Part shown: one piece after another, positions 10,321-25,299 of the stretch | Numbering within the stretch: the first letter of the stretch is position 1 | How the letters are laid out: each line of letters begins with the position of its first letter | From: Eledone cirrhosa | Taxonomy: Eukaryota | Assembly (NCBI GenBank): GCA_964016885.1 | Contig: OZ024741.1 | Coordinates: 294,066,001 to 294,130,000, forward strand | DNA length: 64,000 nucleotides | Reading direction: 5' to 3' | The notes under the pieces: generated by a model | What the model was told of the DNA's origin: nothing | Databases searched by the model: none | The model's input: the letters and a program-made list of their open reading frames with translations, nothing else | Program-made: the position numbers and the translations under genes

Positions 10321-13104
10321 CTGTTGACTGATTATTTTAAGCACGATGTATACATAATGCAGATGTACTGTTTGGGGGTGAATCAACAACTACTCTACTT
10401 TAATCAATGGGAATGTCAAGTCCAGTCATAAGCCTTTTTCTTTCTAATATGAAAATAAGGATGTAGTGTAAATGAAGGCATGTGACTTTGTGGTTAGAGA
10501 ATTGGATTCAAAATTGTGAGGTTGTGAGGTTGTGAATTTGATTCCTGGACCAGGTGATGTGAGCAAGACATGTTATTTCACATTCTTTTTTTTTCTGCCA
10601 GAAGTTGTGACTGGTAGATAATATCAGCAATGGAAAGACCAATGTAAACATTGTTTCCTTGATCTGATTTGATGAGTGACACTCCACTAGGTAAGTGAAT
10701 GAGTTCTGGGATCTTGTTAATTGATCCTTTAGATAATGTATTGAGTTTGGTTAAAACTTTGCCAAAATAGTTGTACATTTACAGAATGTTGTCTTGGATT
10801 TCACTTGATAGTTAAAATTGTTTAGTTCTAAACATAAAGATAGAAATAATAGATATCAACTCTCAAGGTAGAAGAGGGGACAAGTGTGTAATAAAGAGTA
10901 TTGTTTTCATAGATGTTATCACCAAAGTCTACACTTCAGTAATACCTATGTAAACTTTACACTATCTCAACATTCAAATGGTTCAGTAAAAATACAATTT
11001 CAAAACAAGTTTATGGAGTTTATGATTCTGTATAAACATCTCCAACCAATTTTATAGTTTTCATAATATTTGATGACATATTTCATTGTCTCATATATTT
11101 TAACTGGCAGAATAATTTACACAATGTTATAACAGCAGAAAATGTAATAAATTCTGGTCATAAGATTGGCAAACAGATCAGCTAAAAGTAAAAGAAGAAG
11201 AGAGATAAATAATGAGAGAAACCTTTGATGAAATGCTAAAGTTGATGGAAAAATGTGAAATAAAAGAAAAGAAGCCCTACAAAAACCCTTGGCTCTTGAC
11301 GTCAAGGTTTATATCCTGTTTGGCGATATTAGGATTAAGGCAAATCAAAAACCAAAAATATAGTGCTCTTGTGTAAGATCTAAACTATTTCAGAATGCTG
11401 TGTAAAGGAATAGTTTTGACAGATTAATTCAATAGGTATGATATGATATAATGCTTAAAGGGAATTAATAATAATGATAATAAAAATAGCAACAACAACA
11501 ATAATGATGATTCTGAGGTAGAAGAAACCTAGTAGGCTCCACAGGGAAGATATTCAATGTTACAACTCTTGCTTTTAAAGTTAATGAAAATATATGATGT
11601 ATATGATGGTGATGATGCATGGTATGATGGATTTCTATTCTATCTTTCAGGCTGTTTATATTGCACTGATTAGAAAATATTCAATCACATCATCATCAGA
11701 AGTATCATTGCAATCATTTTCATCAAAGTCACCATTACAGTCAGCATTTCAATCATTATTGTCATCATCATCATTTGCAGAAACAGCATCATTATCATAA
11801 TATGACACTAACCCACGTCTTTACTTTAGAAACTGGAGAGGAAATAGGAAAATCAAAAGAGTAGAAAGCCAAACAATGACACATTATTGCTAAATTACCT
11901 TGGGTCTGAATATACTCACAATATACTCCCAAAACGTTAAACATATATACTTAAAATGCATTTGGATTGACGGAAACATTACATTCACAAACAAATACCT
12001 AACATAGCTTGGGTTTGAAGTAAGTATTACCCTCACAAATACATCTGTATATTGAACTGGTAATTCATTTATCAGCCCCAAAAGGATGAAAGTTAAATTT
12101 ATTTTCAGAAGGATTTGAACTCAGAGTGCAGAGATCCGGAACAAATATCCCAAAGCTTTCTAAACAAAATTTTAAAGACTCATCCAATTTATCACCTGTA
12201 TGAATGATCATGGAAATGTGTATCTATAAGTATATCGAGAAGTGACTTAAAAGATATAATGGAATTTCAAGTTGTTGTTCACCTCCAGATCAGCTCTGCC
12301 CAAGAATGTTTATCATGAAAATTCTTTCAGCCATTACCATCACATCTTATCCCAGTATAAAGTACCAGTAATGCACTGGAATAATTGCTGGCCTTGTGAC
12401 AAATGTAGAAACAATTATGTATTTAGAACTGCACTATCCTCTTTGTCCTCTTTTATAAGAGTTCTAGGACAATGAAAAAGTACCATTCTAATATCATAGT
12501 CAATTCTTCCTCTATATTTCTTTCTCATCCTCTCTATCACCCCTCTTTTCCTTTTAGCTGATAAAAATGACAATTGGAGGGCTAGCACTGAGGACATATG
12601 AAACCTTTGCCTTTCATCTATTCGAGGTTGATAAAAAAATGTACCAGTCTAGTACTGGGGTAGATTCTTCCTCTATATCTTTTTCTCCTTTCCATTCTCT
12701 TACTCTCTATATTTCTCTGGAAGAAATCTGCTGTAGATGGGCTCCACCAGATTTTTTTAAATGTCCTAGAAACGCTGTATGTCAACACAGCACCCCTATG
12801 ACTACCCCAAGAGTTATAGGACCATGCATAAGATGGTAGATTGTGCGATTTGGGGGAATGTTAAGTTGTTATTTCTTATAGGTTAAATGGCCACATAGAG
12901 ATTCATTCCAGGGATCTATGAACTCCTGGATGTTCACAAAGGTAGTAGTGATGTCTGTGAACTAATTTTAAAATTTCATGTACTTTGTTAAAAACACAAT
13001 ATATACATGGTACTGTATAGCCTTTCTTCACTAAATATAAACACTTCTCTCTTTCAATTGTTACTCTTATTGTATAACAATCTGATTCCTTCATAACGCA
13101 GTCT

Positions 13105-13590
13105 GAAAAGGACATCCAAATATGTAGAACTCTGGCCTGGAATGCATTTCATAGGCTGGATAAAATTTGGAAATCCAATATACCTAACAAACTTATAATC
13201 AGCCTATATAGAACAACAATAGAGCCTATCCTTCTCTATGATTCTGAGACTTGGGCCTTGCCCTTCTGTCTATAGAGCCGTTTAGATGGATGTTACACTA
13301 TCCTTCTGAAAAAGGCTACAAGTATTTCTTGGCAGACCCATCCCACACTTAATCAGATATATGGGAAGATTCCAAAAGTAAGTGCATGACTTATTGAACG
13401 TCATACATGGTTTGCTGGCCACTGATTCCGTGCAAAAGATGAGATGGTTTCAGACTTGTGGGAGATCTCATCTACCAGAAAGCTCAGATACCAGGATGCC
13501 ATAGCAAGAGAAACTGTAATTGACAAGGAAGACCTACAACTGTTGGTGTAAAGTTGTGTTTGTTGTTTCATCTTTGGACGATGGATAAAA
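13105..13590 (+). mobile_element. Degenerate RTE-X-like LINE fragment
   Basis: LAWNAFHRLDKIWKS...EPILLYDSETW...LDGCYT...FAGH. Confidence 0.7.
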
Positions 13591-15667
13591 TAAGAATAGC
13601 AATCTGAGAGAAGAGTCATAGTAACAATGGATCCATGGGAAAATCATTTAAATATAAGGAGTTCTGCTTCTGATAGTACCCACTGGAAGGAGGGCTCGAG
13701 GACTGTGCCCCCACTACCTTCTCAGGAATAAGTGAGTGAGGAAGAAGAGGAGGTAGAAGAGGAAGGGAGGAAGATGAAGAAGACAAAGAAGACAATGACT
13801 CGGTAGTAAAGAGGTTGAGAACCACTTTTTACAGGATTTTGTATTCCTCTTGTGTTTGATTCTCACTCTAGTAACCTTTGGCCTATTATCCATGCATGTA
13901 ATAAGTCCCAATATTATTAATTAGTTAATTGGATGTAGTTACAAAATAACTAACTCATCTGGTTAATTGCAAGCTAATTACTAAATGCCTTAATTTATTT
14001 AATATTAGCCAATTATACCAGTAATATTAATTAGATAATGTCTGTCTCAAGGAAAAAAATAGCACAAAGCTAATTAAAAGATAACATTTTATTTAATATA
14101 TCATTTAATTGTACTAACTGATCCAGCTGGATCCCCAAGCTTGCCTGGTCTCACTTGAGGGACCAGTCAGATCAGTTAGAGATCGTTGCTTCTGACAGAA
14201 CCCACTGGAAGGAGTGTTTGGGGGCACTGACCCCATGACCCTCTCAGGAATAAGTGGGCGAAGAAGAACTAATTGTACCAGTAATAATACTGCAATGAAG
14301 CCCAAACTAACTTATCCATTCACCTTCTCCTTCATTCCTCACGCAGACTACCACTACTACTCATTTACAGAAATTACGTCTGCTACATAATAATTAAAAT
14401 TCATTAATAACTAGAGATACTAATGAAACATTGTTTTTCTAAAGTCTATTTTTTGGCTGGGTGGGGGGTGGGGGTTCTAATGTTTGTTTTTATTGTTTGT
14501 TGTATTTCTCAGTGATTAAAATATTTTGTTGAAAAAATATATTTTATATAAATTTATTTTAAGTTCATTCATTATTGGCATGATTAGCAGAATTGTTAGA
14601 ATAGCAAATAAAATGCTTTGTGGTATTTGATCATTTTCTTTTACATAGAGTTCAAATTCCATTAAAGTCAACCTTGCATTTGATCCTTCCAAGGTCAATA
14701 AAATGAAGTAACAGCCAAGCAACAGGGTTGTTGTATTAAACTAAACCCTCCCTCAAATTTGTGATCATATGTCTATATTATGTATGATTATTATGAAGTA
14801 GGGTTGCATATACTTCATGGTTGTATAAGCTATGATATATCTTTACAGTTGGGGTTATGGTTAAGTTTTTTGTCCCTCTGCTTGCCATAATAACAACATC
14901 AAAGAATCTCCTATATCTGGCCACATAGTACAATATGGACCTTGAACTCCTGAGGGAGTCGTAGAAGTGCCATATTGACATACAGCATTCCTGAGGGCAT
15001 TCTTTAGACTTGGTGGAGCCCATCCTCTCTCCAGGCTTGAGTACAGCAGATTTCTTCCAGAGAAGGATAGAGAGTGAGCGAAAGAATATGAGAAAGAGAT
15101 ATAGAGGAGGAATTGACATCAGTACTAGACTGGTAATTTTTTTTATTGACCTCAAAGGGATAAAAGGCAAAGTTAACCTCTATGTGAACCAAGAGAGCTG
15201 GTCATTTACATTCTATAATATCAAATGGATTTAACTTGTTTAAATTAGCTAAAACTGGATTTGATTCTATAAAACAAAAACTACCCATTTTAAAGGGTTT
15301 CTATTTAAATTTAAATCTTCCAACATAATTTTATATAAGAAACATATGTAAAGTATCTTAGTAATGAAATAATTTATCATCAACATCTTCATCCTTTTAC
15401 GTCCACTTCTCCATGCTTTTATGGGTTTGATGAGTGTTTTCCTGCACAGCATCCCTCCACATATTGAAGTCCCTTTTCATCTATTTTGTGAGCTTCAGTG
15501 ATTTGAGATCAATTCTCACAACCACTGCCCAGGTCTATTTTGGTCTTCCTTTACTGCATCTTCCTTCCATTAGGATTTCTTGCATTTCTTCACCCAATGA
15601 TCATTGTACATAACAGCACAATATTTTCTCTTTAATGATTTTAGTAAAGCCTTCAAAAGTCTTAATC

Positions 15668-16397
15668 AACAGCGATTTGCGTTGGACAAAGCACATCTCT
15701 AAAATTGTCAAGAAGGCCGAGGGTGTCTTGGCATCACTCAGCAAGACCTTTGTTAGCCGCTCTCCAGCTATCTATTTAAGGCTGTACATGGCTATGGTAC
15801 GACCACACTTGGAATTCACATCATCAGTCTGGAACCCCTATCTTGCTCAGAACATTGACCTCCTGGAAACTGTTCAGAGACGTGCAACCAAGCGCATACC
15901 CTCCATCAGACACCTACCATACTCTGAACGCCTTGCTTCCCTGGGCATAGATTCATTGAAGCTCTGACGTCTGGCAATGGGCTTGGTAAACACCCACAAA
16001 GTTATTAATCATCTCGCCAACAACAACCCTGAGCACCTTTTTTATTTCCATGTGTCTAACACACGTGGACATGCCTACAAAATCAGAAAACAGCACAGCT
16101 CCCATGTCTTTCGGAAACATTTTTTCATGCTTAGAGTTGCTGAAGCATGGAACAAACTGCCTGCGTCAGTTGTTAGCTGCCGAGACACTGCATCCTTTAA
16201 AACCCTCATGCTTCTCAAAATTCGCCAAAACTTCACCTGATGTCCCCCTTCCATACACATGCACACATGTGTATATCATGACTCATGCTCTGTTCATTTT
16301 CCTGACGTTTGTACATTACCCTATGTACTATACATACACTTTTGATGAGTTCTAGTGCACCTGAGCACTGTACACAATATTTTCATTATTATTATTA
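15668..16397 (+). mobile_element. CR1-clade LINE, 5'-truncated
   Basis: DLRWTKHI, VRPHLEF..VWNPY, LETVQRRATK, one in-frame stop, (TTA)n tail. Confidence 0.92.
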
Positions 16398-16959
16398 TTT
16401 CATTATTAATTTAAATAAAATGTATTTCATTAGAGATTGTTATGAAAAGGTTAATACCAAGGTTGGGCCTTGTCACATTATGTCATTATGATTCTGCCTG
16501 AGAATTGCTTTCAGAGTACATGTGTCTGTAGAATACTCAAGGACTTACTTCTTATTTTAATGTATAGGCTGTTTTGTTAATCAAACAACTATAACAGTCA
16601 TCATCGAATCTGATGAAGGATCTATTTGAAAGTCCATTTTAAGTGCCCCAACCTCATGCATTATTGATATGGTTTATATCACATGAAGTCAAACTGTTAA
16701 TAAACACAAAATAAAATAATAGACAATGGCAATCTATTTTATTGCCTTTTCTCATATTGTTGCTGCCACAGCAAGTCTCCTCACATTTATTCAGTATCTA
16801 TCCATTATTTATTCATTATTAAGGTAGCAGAAGAAGAAGGAAAACAATTTACTTCTCAGGTGATGCTGGGTTTTCTATCTTTTCTATCATTCTTATTCTT
16901 TTCTATCATTCTTATTCTTCTCCAATTTAACGCTATTACTAGATTAACCTCCTGTATAA

Positions 16960-17860
16960 CTACCACTGCTACTGTCACCACTACTACAACTGTTATCATT
17001 TCAACCAACTCTACCCTCACTACTACCTCCACTACCATCATCACTTTCATCACCTCTACCACTACCACCAACACCATCATTACCACTACTATCATTATCT
17101 ACCATCACTTCTACCAACCCTGTCCTCACCACCTCCACCATCACTACTACTATCCCCATCTTAATCACAACTGCTGCTGCTATCACTACTGCCTCCAACA
17201 TCAACACTACATCATCTGCAAGGTGGTCGTGGAGGTGCCACGGCAAAAAAGCACTCAGCCCACACTGTAAAGTGGACGTGTAGGCACCACGAAAAAGTAC
17301 CCAGCACTCACTGTAAATGAGGTTGGTGTTAGGAAGGGCATCCAGCTGTAGAAATCAAGCTAAATCAGTTCCTGTATGAGCAAGGCATGGTCAGCCGACC
17401 GGACACTGCCCACAACAGGACAACCCGTCTAACCCATGCTAGCGTGGAAGAACGGACGTAAAACGGTGATGATGATGATCATCATCATCATCACCATCAG
17501 AATCACAATTTCCGCCAATACCACCATCACCTATATAATCACAACTGCTTCCACCACAACTACTACTACAATCAACATTTATCACCATAATTGCAACTCC
17601 TGCCTCTACTACCACCACCATTATCACCACCCTAATCACAATTACTACCACCACTAACATCACCAGCACTGATCTTCATTTTCCCTAATAAGAACTCCTA
17701 TTTCACCCCCTCATTATCTCCATCTCTCCTATAAGTAGTCAATGAAGATATTATCTACCTGGAAGTGGTAATATTGTTGTTGTTGATGGTGGTGGTGACA
17801 GTGGTAGTGGTAATGTTGTTAGTGGCAGCAGCGATGGTAGTGGTGGTGCTGATGGTGGCG
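16960..17860. repeat. Degenerate (ACC/ACT/ATC)n low-complexity tract, then (GGT)n, hosting a SINE
   Basis: Trinucleotide-rich sequence visible directly. Confidence 0.8.
17216..17480 (+). mobile_element. SINE-A variant with RTE-A-like tail
   Basis: Two pseudoknot units, GTTAGGAAGGGCATCCAGCTGTAGAAA, tail CCGTCTAACCCATGCTAGCGTGGAAGAACGGACG. Confidence 0.8.
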
Positions 17861-18243
17861 GAGAAAACTTTAGACCTTTGCATGATTGATTTCCATGTGT
17901 AATAAGGCTGTTACACACCCAGCCACCTGTCCATCCATCCTACATATAAATATAGCCTGTGATAGAATCTACATTTCACATTGCCATGGCAAAATATACC
18001 CTAATGACTGGTGTACACAATTGCCATCATTACTACTTATACTTACATCACCACCACCATGGAAGAGGAGAAGAAGGAGGTAAAATAGGCAAAGAATTAC
18101 TACTACTACTACTACTACTTTTCAGATGCCCAGATAAATATTATAAGTGATGCCTTTATTTTCTCAATAAGACATTGAAAAAAACAAAACAAAGGGAACA
18201 GACACCTGTTAGCATAAGACAGCTGGCCTTTTATAGGGTTAAC

Positions 18244-18778
18244 ACTTAACCTCCAAATTCCTTAATAGGAATGAGACATACATCATTCATTATGGACACA
18301 CAACACTAGTTCAGTGCAGCTAATTTTCCCAGAGGGAGAGTAGCTGAGATGCTAAAAGGATCTTGTTGGGTGAAACACTCATTAAATGAATTTTGAAGGT
18401 TTGCACTAGTTTTTAAGATGTGTCAGAGCAATTGATAGAGTACAATAACAAACTATCAATTTTCATATGAAGTATATTTAAATGTGTGATGTCCAAACAA
18501 GTATCTTCCACCTCCAACTAACTTACCTTCTGCCTCGTAGTTCTGGCTGACAGGATGGAGAATACATTGCCCTGGAGGAAACCAAGGGAGATGCCCTGGA
18601 ACACGTGTGGGCAGCCAACTCCATTCCAATAGCAGTGAGTAACGATGTGGTTTGGGGGTCAAGAACGCCGGAAGTCTTTACCACTACAGGTTCTACTTAA
18701 CCTTCAAATTCTTTAATAAGTGTGAGACATATATCATTCACTATGGACACACAACACTAGGTCATTGAGGCTAATTTT
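18244..18778 (+). repeat. Diverged 85-bp direct repeats (18244-18328 and 18696-18778)
   Basis: ACTTAACCT.CAAATTC.TTAATA...TATGGACACACAACACTAG...GCTAATTTT twice. Confidence 0.75.
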
Positions 18779-20229
18779 CATAAATGTTCTGCTGTTATTT
18801 CCTGGCAGTTAAAGCTTGTGGCACAGGAAATTAAGTATATTTCTTTGGAATACTTATACTGAATTTGAAATCACAAATCAGAAGCTTTTGGCCGAATATT
18901 TTACCAACATAGATCACATAGATACATTTCTTCTCCACCTACATAACATTGAAATAATTATTACTTTTATATTAGTAATTTGTGTGTGTGTGTTGCTGTA
19001 GAGATATTCTTAATTCTTTATGGGAACAAGAAATAGATCATTTACTTCACTTTTTTTTTTAATAATGTCTGCATATGTGTGTGTGTGTATGTATATATAT
19101 ATATATATATATATTATGAATATGATTATTTTTATTATTATATAGGTATGTATAATTTCACGAAAAATTTTCCGATTTGTGAATTTCTGGAAGAGAAAAA
19201 ATTGTAGAAAAATTTAGAATTCAGATATGACAGATCAAAAAAAAAATACTTTAAAGATTTTTTTTAAAGATGTGATGCTGTGTTTTGAAATGACAGAAAA
19301 ATAATCAAAGAAAGATTAAACAAGACAAAAATATTCAAAAATAAATGTTTAAATCTTTGGTCTATTTTAACATTTTTTCTGGAGGCAATGATGTGTTTTG
19401 TACAGCATGGAGTACAGCGTAACAGTTCAAAAAAGATATTATCATATTCATACTAAGAGTATAACCCAGTCATAATTTTATTTCTAATGAAATACACTGC
19501 CTATGTGTAGAATATAAGCCAAGAGAAGTAAGGAAGGGGTCATAGAATCTCTGATAACCCTCATGACCCTATCACAATTCACCACCTTGAACTGATACTT
19601 TATTTTATCAACTACAAAGGATGAAAGGTAAAGTTAGCTATGAGAGGATTTGAACTCAGATTCTAAGGACATTTTGTTCTAAACTCTAACCCTGCCAATT
19701 TTACCATCTTGGACTGGTACTTTAATTTATCAAACCCAAAAGGACGGAAGGCAAAGTTCACCTCAGCTGGATTTGAACTTAGAATGTAAAGAGTCTGGAC
19801 AAATTGTGGCAGGTATTTTGTCCCATGCTCTAATGGTTTAACCCTGGTTTCTCACATAATTGGGTTAATAGTTGATTAGAGGATGTGCATTCACAAACTA
19901 AGTCAAGTACTTGATATTTCGAGAAGTAGAGTTAAATATCGTTTTTAGAATAGGTACACCATTTACCTGCATGTTGTAAGAGGTGACTAAAAGGATTTTT
20001 GACAGGAAGGGCTTCCAGCCATAAAACACTACCTCAAAATGTCTTGTCTATCCCACACTGGCACGGAAAAGTGGGTATTAAAAGGACAATGTTGATGATA
20101 AATAGTCCACAGGTATATAAGAAGAAAACAAAATGATCAAAACAAATTTATTAGCTGGTAAATAACTATGTATATAAATATATATATATATATATAGCTG
20201 ATTATATTTACACCAGGACATAACTGGTA

Positions 20230-20690
20230 TACACTCCTATCAATATGGTCATCCTAAAAGCTCACATCACCATTGAAATTGAGGTTATTCTGGTCAATAA
20301 TTAACTCAATAACAACTTATACTGCTAACATCTGGAAGATTACTCCAGAACTGAAAATCACTTTGATACTTTTCAACAAAGATGCCCTTGAAAAATCCTG
20401 GGAATTAGATGGTAAGACAAGATTACAAACGATGTGCTTCAAGGACCCAATGGCCTAGTGTTATCATCAAGTGCAGAAGAATGCAGCTGACAGGATATAT
20501 ATCAGCAAGAACTGCAATGTCATGGTGGGAAATGACCAAAGGGTAGGATAATGAAGACCTGGAGATCCACCATAAAAGATGTCCTGCACAGGTGTGGCAT
20601 AAACTGGTTTCAAGCATCAACCTTTGCCAGAGACAAAGAAAGATGGAAGAGCTTAGTGACCCGTTGCTGTGAGGCTGGAGGTACCAGATG
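20230..20690 (+). mobile_element. Highly degenerate RTE-like fragment
   Basis: Remnants such as ILGIRW.DKITND and RRMQLTGY. Confidence 0.45.
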
Positions 20691-21849
20691 ACTAGAAAAC
20701 TGGCACTTCATTTTATCAACCCCTGTAAACATTATCCAATGTCTCCTGCAATTCTAAGACAACAACATGTGATTTGAGGAAGATTTGAGAGAGTAAGATG
20801 AGAAACTATATACAAACTCCTTTGCTGGATATTTAAATCTACTCAAAATTGTTACAGTCCATCATTAAAGCAAGGGATTGGCAGAATTTTTAGAACATCA
20901 AACATAATTCCTTGCAGTATTTATTTACATCCTTTCGTTCTTAGTTCAAATATGGCTATATCAACTTTGCATGTCATTCTCTCAGAGTAGAAAAGATTTA
21001 GCACCTGCCATGTACTGGGGTTGATATATTCAATAAACCCTTCTCAATTTTCTGGCTTTGTAGTTAACAGGTAAGAAACAATTATAGTCCCTCTCAGACA
21101 CTTGGAAAGAAAATAACAATAGATAACTTATAGATAAAGTTTACAGAAATGGAAGCGTTAGATCTCAGGTTGAGAATCATTACTAGACATCTCAGTCTAT
21201 TGATTCCTGTGATCAATAGGCCAAAATCTATAGAAGATGAACAACAAAATGCTTCTTGGTTCTAAGATAACTGATTAGTCTGAGACTTAAAAAAAAACAA
21301 GAACACAGGATTCCAATCTATTTTCTTTTTGTGTATGTATGTGTATGTATATTTTCTCCAATAATGGTTAAAGAGGGGAAAGACATCTTTTTCTTCAATT
21401 CCAAAACTGTTAATCTTTTATTTCATTAGAATGCGCATTGTATTTTTGTTTTTCTCTCTCTATATATATATATTTTTTTTTTCGATTTTACTGTTTAGTG
21501 ATGGAAGGAAAAGCAGTAGATATGAACATTTTCAGGTTTTCCAAGTTTGGTAGGAGAGAGAAAGAAAGGTATCCTTAAATGGGAGACTGGGTCCAAATGT
21601 TTGTGACAGGATGTACTCTGCTAAAGAAAACCCGAAGGACTAGGTAGTGGTGTTAGTTAAACTAGATTTTGTATTACATCTATCACAAAATAGAATCTGT
21701 CTATTAATTCTTGGTATTTGGTTATCTTCTCTTCCTTTGCATTGTAGGTGACAATGCCCACATTTAGTGTCTGATCAATATAATTGGCCCCTGAGGAGAG
21801 TATGAAAGATTATCGCCAAGATGGCATTAGCCTCTAAAGAGAGAGAGAG

Positions 21850-22173
21850 AGACCGTTTGGTCATGAATGACCATGGGCTTTGCACCTAGAAAGTTCCATT
21901 CTGCGGCTCAAAGTCTGGGGAAAGTTTTTTGTTGAAGACCAGCAGTCACCCATTCATACCAGACTCCCCTTTCCACATCACCAATGTTGTCCAAGGGAAA
22001 GGCAATGGCCAATACAACTTGGTACTAGTGATGTCGCAACTCCTTTCTATAGCTGAGTGAACTGGAGCAACATGAAATAAAGTGTCTTACACAACACATC
22101 ACCCAGTCTAGGAAACAAACTCACAATTTGGTGATTGTAAGCCCAATGCCCTAACCTCTGAGCTACGCACCTC
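21850..22173 (-). mobile_element. SINE-C (tRNA-like head and central domain shared with SINE-A, different tail)
   Basis: TTGCTCCAGTTCACTCAGCT domain; homologous to 29478-29780. Confidence 0.75.
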
Positions 22174-22632
22174 TAGACTAGTCAGTTAAAGAAACTGCAG
22201 TACTTCACTTATATTTTGTTTAATCAACTTAAGCAAGGCAAGAAAGGCAAAACTGACCTCAGTAGGATTTGAACTCCTACTCTAACAGATGTAACAAAGA
22301 AATCCAAAAGATATCTTGTTTTTGTTTGATGCTCTACTAGTTCTACAATTCAGCACAATAATAATTTTTTTTTTAATATTATGGTTTCCTTCACTGAATA
22401 TAAAATAAATAAAGCTATTATTTTCTCTCTTGCATTTAATCTAGAAAAAACATCTTTCTTTATGTTTTTTTAGATTTACAATGTAAATTTATAAAAATAC
22501 ATAACTTTTAACTGAAAAAACAATCAATTTCCTTTAACATAAATGTTAGTTTGCTGTTTTTCTTTGTTTATATTTTTGTTATTATTATCCTTACTATTCA
22601 ACTAAAGATATTATTATTATTATAATTATCAA

Positions 22633-23103
22633 GGGCGGTGAATTGGCAGTATCGGTAGAGGGTCGGACACCATGCTTTGACGCATAGAGTTATGGCCCTT
22701 GCCATTCTGAGTTCAAATCCCGCCGAGGTTAACTTTGCCTTTCATCCTCACGGAGTTGATAAAATAAAGTACCAGTAATACATTGGGTAATTGCTGGCCT
22801 TGTGCCAAAAGTAGAAACAATTATTATTATAATTATCATCATCATCATCATAACTATCATCATTATTATTATCATTAGCCCTTGTGGCCAATAAAGGAAA
22901 TCATTATTCGTTGGATTGGCAGTATCGGTAGAGGGTCGGACGCCATGCTTTGCAGCAAAGAGTTACGGCCCTTTATGGTTTGAGTTCAAATCCTGCCGAG
23001 GTTAACTTTGCCTTTCATCCTTACGGGGTCGATAAAATAAAGTACCAGTAATGTACTGGGTAATTGCTGGCCTTGTGCCAAAAGTAGAAACAATTATTAT
23101 TAT
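22633..23103 (+). mobile_element. Two tandem Nin/Deu SINEs (22633-22830 and 22912-23103)
   Basis: Both match the family consensus and lie within (TTA)n. Confidence 0.88.
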
Positions 23104-23143
23104 CATCATTATTCATAATATTTTCATATTCATTATCATTTTT

Positions 23144-23202
23144 CATTATAGATATTATAGATATTCATTATTATTATTATTATTATTATAAGCTTTTGCA
23201 CT

Positions 23203-23236
<34 letters not shown>

Positions 23237-23311
23237 ATATCTATAATATCTATAATGCTTTCTTTATTACCTTGTGGTTAATAAAGAAAGCATTATAGAT
23301 ATTATAGATAT

Positions 23312-23369
<58 letters not shown>

Positions 23370-23381
23370 AGTGCAAAAGCT
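23144..23381. repeat. Palindrome with a third inverted arm copy
   Basis: AGCTTTTGCACTTTAAT..TTTATTA / CCTTGTGGT loop / TAATAAAG..AAAGTGCAAAAGCT; 23144-23190 repeats part of an arm. Confidence 0.88.
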
Positions 23382-24817
23382 TTTTTTTTTTATGATTAAA
23401 AGATTTCTAATAATGAAGTATAGTATTTGACGATAACTTCCCTTTCTTTTCATCTGATGTGAAATTTTAATAGTGAAAATAGCAAGATGATGGAAAACCA
23501 ACAATACAAAAATCTCTCTCTCGCTCTCTCTTTCTCCATTTCCCTCTCCTCCCACTCTCTTTCTCTCTCTCTCCTTCTTCTCCCTTTCTCTCTCTCCTCC
23601 GTCTCTCTTTTTCTCTCTCACTCACTCTTTCTCTCTCCTCCCTCTCTCTTTTTCTCTCCTCCCTCTCTCTTTCTCTCTCTCACTCACTCTTTCTGTCTAT
23701 CTCATTCACTCTCATTCTTTATCACTCTCTCTTTTTCCCTCCACCTCCCTATCCAACACTCTCTCACTCATTCTCTTTCTTTTTCTCCTTCCCCTCTCTC
23801 TCACTAGAGAGAAGGGAGATTATGAAGAAGGTGGTGTTAATCAGTGGACCACTGATAGCTTAATTTACCAAAGTACTTGGCACATAGAATGGCAATCTCT
23901 TCCACCAATCTTTCAAGTATCTCTCTTTCTGGTTCTGATTCTAGTTTAAAAAAAAACCCAGTAAAGATCAATAGAAATACTGCTGACACATTAACAATTC
24001 TTATAATCCAAGAATATGGTATTGGAGCTGAGGCAGCAGTGGTGGAGTGATTGTGTGGAGGTGATGATGGTAGTAGTATTTCTAGCAGAGGAGCTAGGTA
24101 TATCAACAGGGATGTTTAATGGCACCAAAACTAGGTTGTGTGATAATTATGGGGCTGATAAGAACATTAATGGTACTTCCAGTGATAATAGTTGTTTCTA
24201 AAGTTCTGAGTTGACAACATCAATGGTGTTGGTGGTGGTAGTATTGGTAGTGGTGGTCGGGGGAGAAGGTCAGTGGGTGTAGTAGTAGTAGCAGAGGTGG
24301 TGGTAATAGTAGTGTTGGTGGTGGTGATGGTGGTAGTAGTAGTAGTAGTATTAGTAGTAGTAGTAGTAGTAGTAGTAGGTGGAGGTGGTGCTGCTGGTGG
24401 TGACGATTGAGGTAATACCATTGGGGGGGGGGGGGGGGTATGCGATCAGTGGGCATAGTAGTAGTGATGGTAGTTGTGGTGGTGTTAGTAGTGGTAGTGG
24501 TAGTCGAAGGGGGCCAGTGGGTGTAGTAATGGTGCTGGTGGTGGTGTTTGAGGTAGTAGTAGTATGTGGTAGTGGTGGTGGTGGGAGTGGTGTTGATTGG
24601 TTAGTTTCAGTGCTAGGAAATGGCAACATTCCTCATATATAGTAAATTGTTATAGGTGTATGAGAAGACAAATGGTGCCATTATATAATAACAATATTTA
24701 GCTTGACAGAATGATTCAGGGATATTATGAACGTAATGAGAGTACTAATGAATATAATAGTTTAACTTTTTTCTTACCAGATTTCTCATGAACTGAAACA
24801 CAATAAAAATAAACATC

Positions 24818-25040
24818 ATAGATTTATTGAAAATTTAGAATCTTCAACATATTTTTGTTTTGCTATGAAAAATAGTCTAACAAATTGGGCATAAAAACCC
24901 TGGGTGGTAAAAAGTTGACTACAGCAATGATGCTGTCAACTTTTTCCCATTCAGGGTCTTTTATGCTCAATTTGTTAGACTATTTTTCATAGCATTAAAA
25001 AAAAAATGTAGAAGATTCTAAATTTTCAATAAATACCTAT
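24818..25040. repeat. Fold-back palindrome, arms about 100 bp
   Basis: TTTATTGAAAATTTAGAATCTTC..GTTGAC versus GTCAAC..GAAGATTCTAAATTTTCAATAAA. Confidence 0.88.
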
Positions 25041-25299
25041 CCAGTCAACGTTTCTAAAAATAGATCTTTGTAAACATCATAGAACTTGCTGTGGTTTCAA
25101 ATGGTTTGATATCAAAAGGTTTAAGTTCACTTTGCAATCATGATATTAGTGCCACCCCATAGCATCTTGTGATATTGTCTTTTACAATACAGCGTCAGAT
25201 CAACCAAAGCCTTCTTAATGCAATTTGGTAAATAGAAACTATAGAGAAGTTCACATATCTCGGTACTGAGTTTATGAGTGATGGGAGGGGGGTTAGGAG

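Noticed and set aside
18244-18778. Mini LTR element
   Set aside because: Direct repeats lack TG..CA ends, PBS, PPT and TSD
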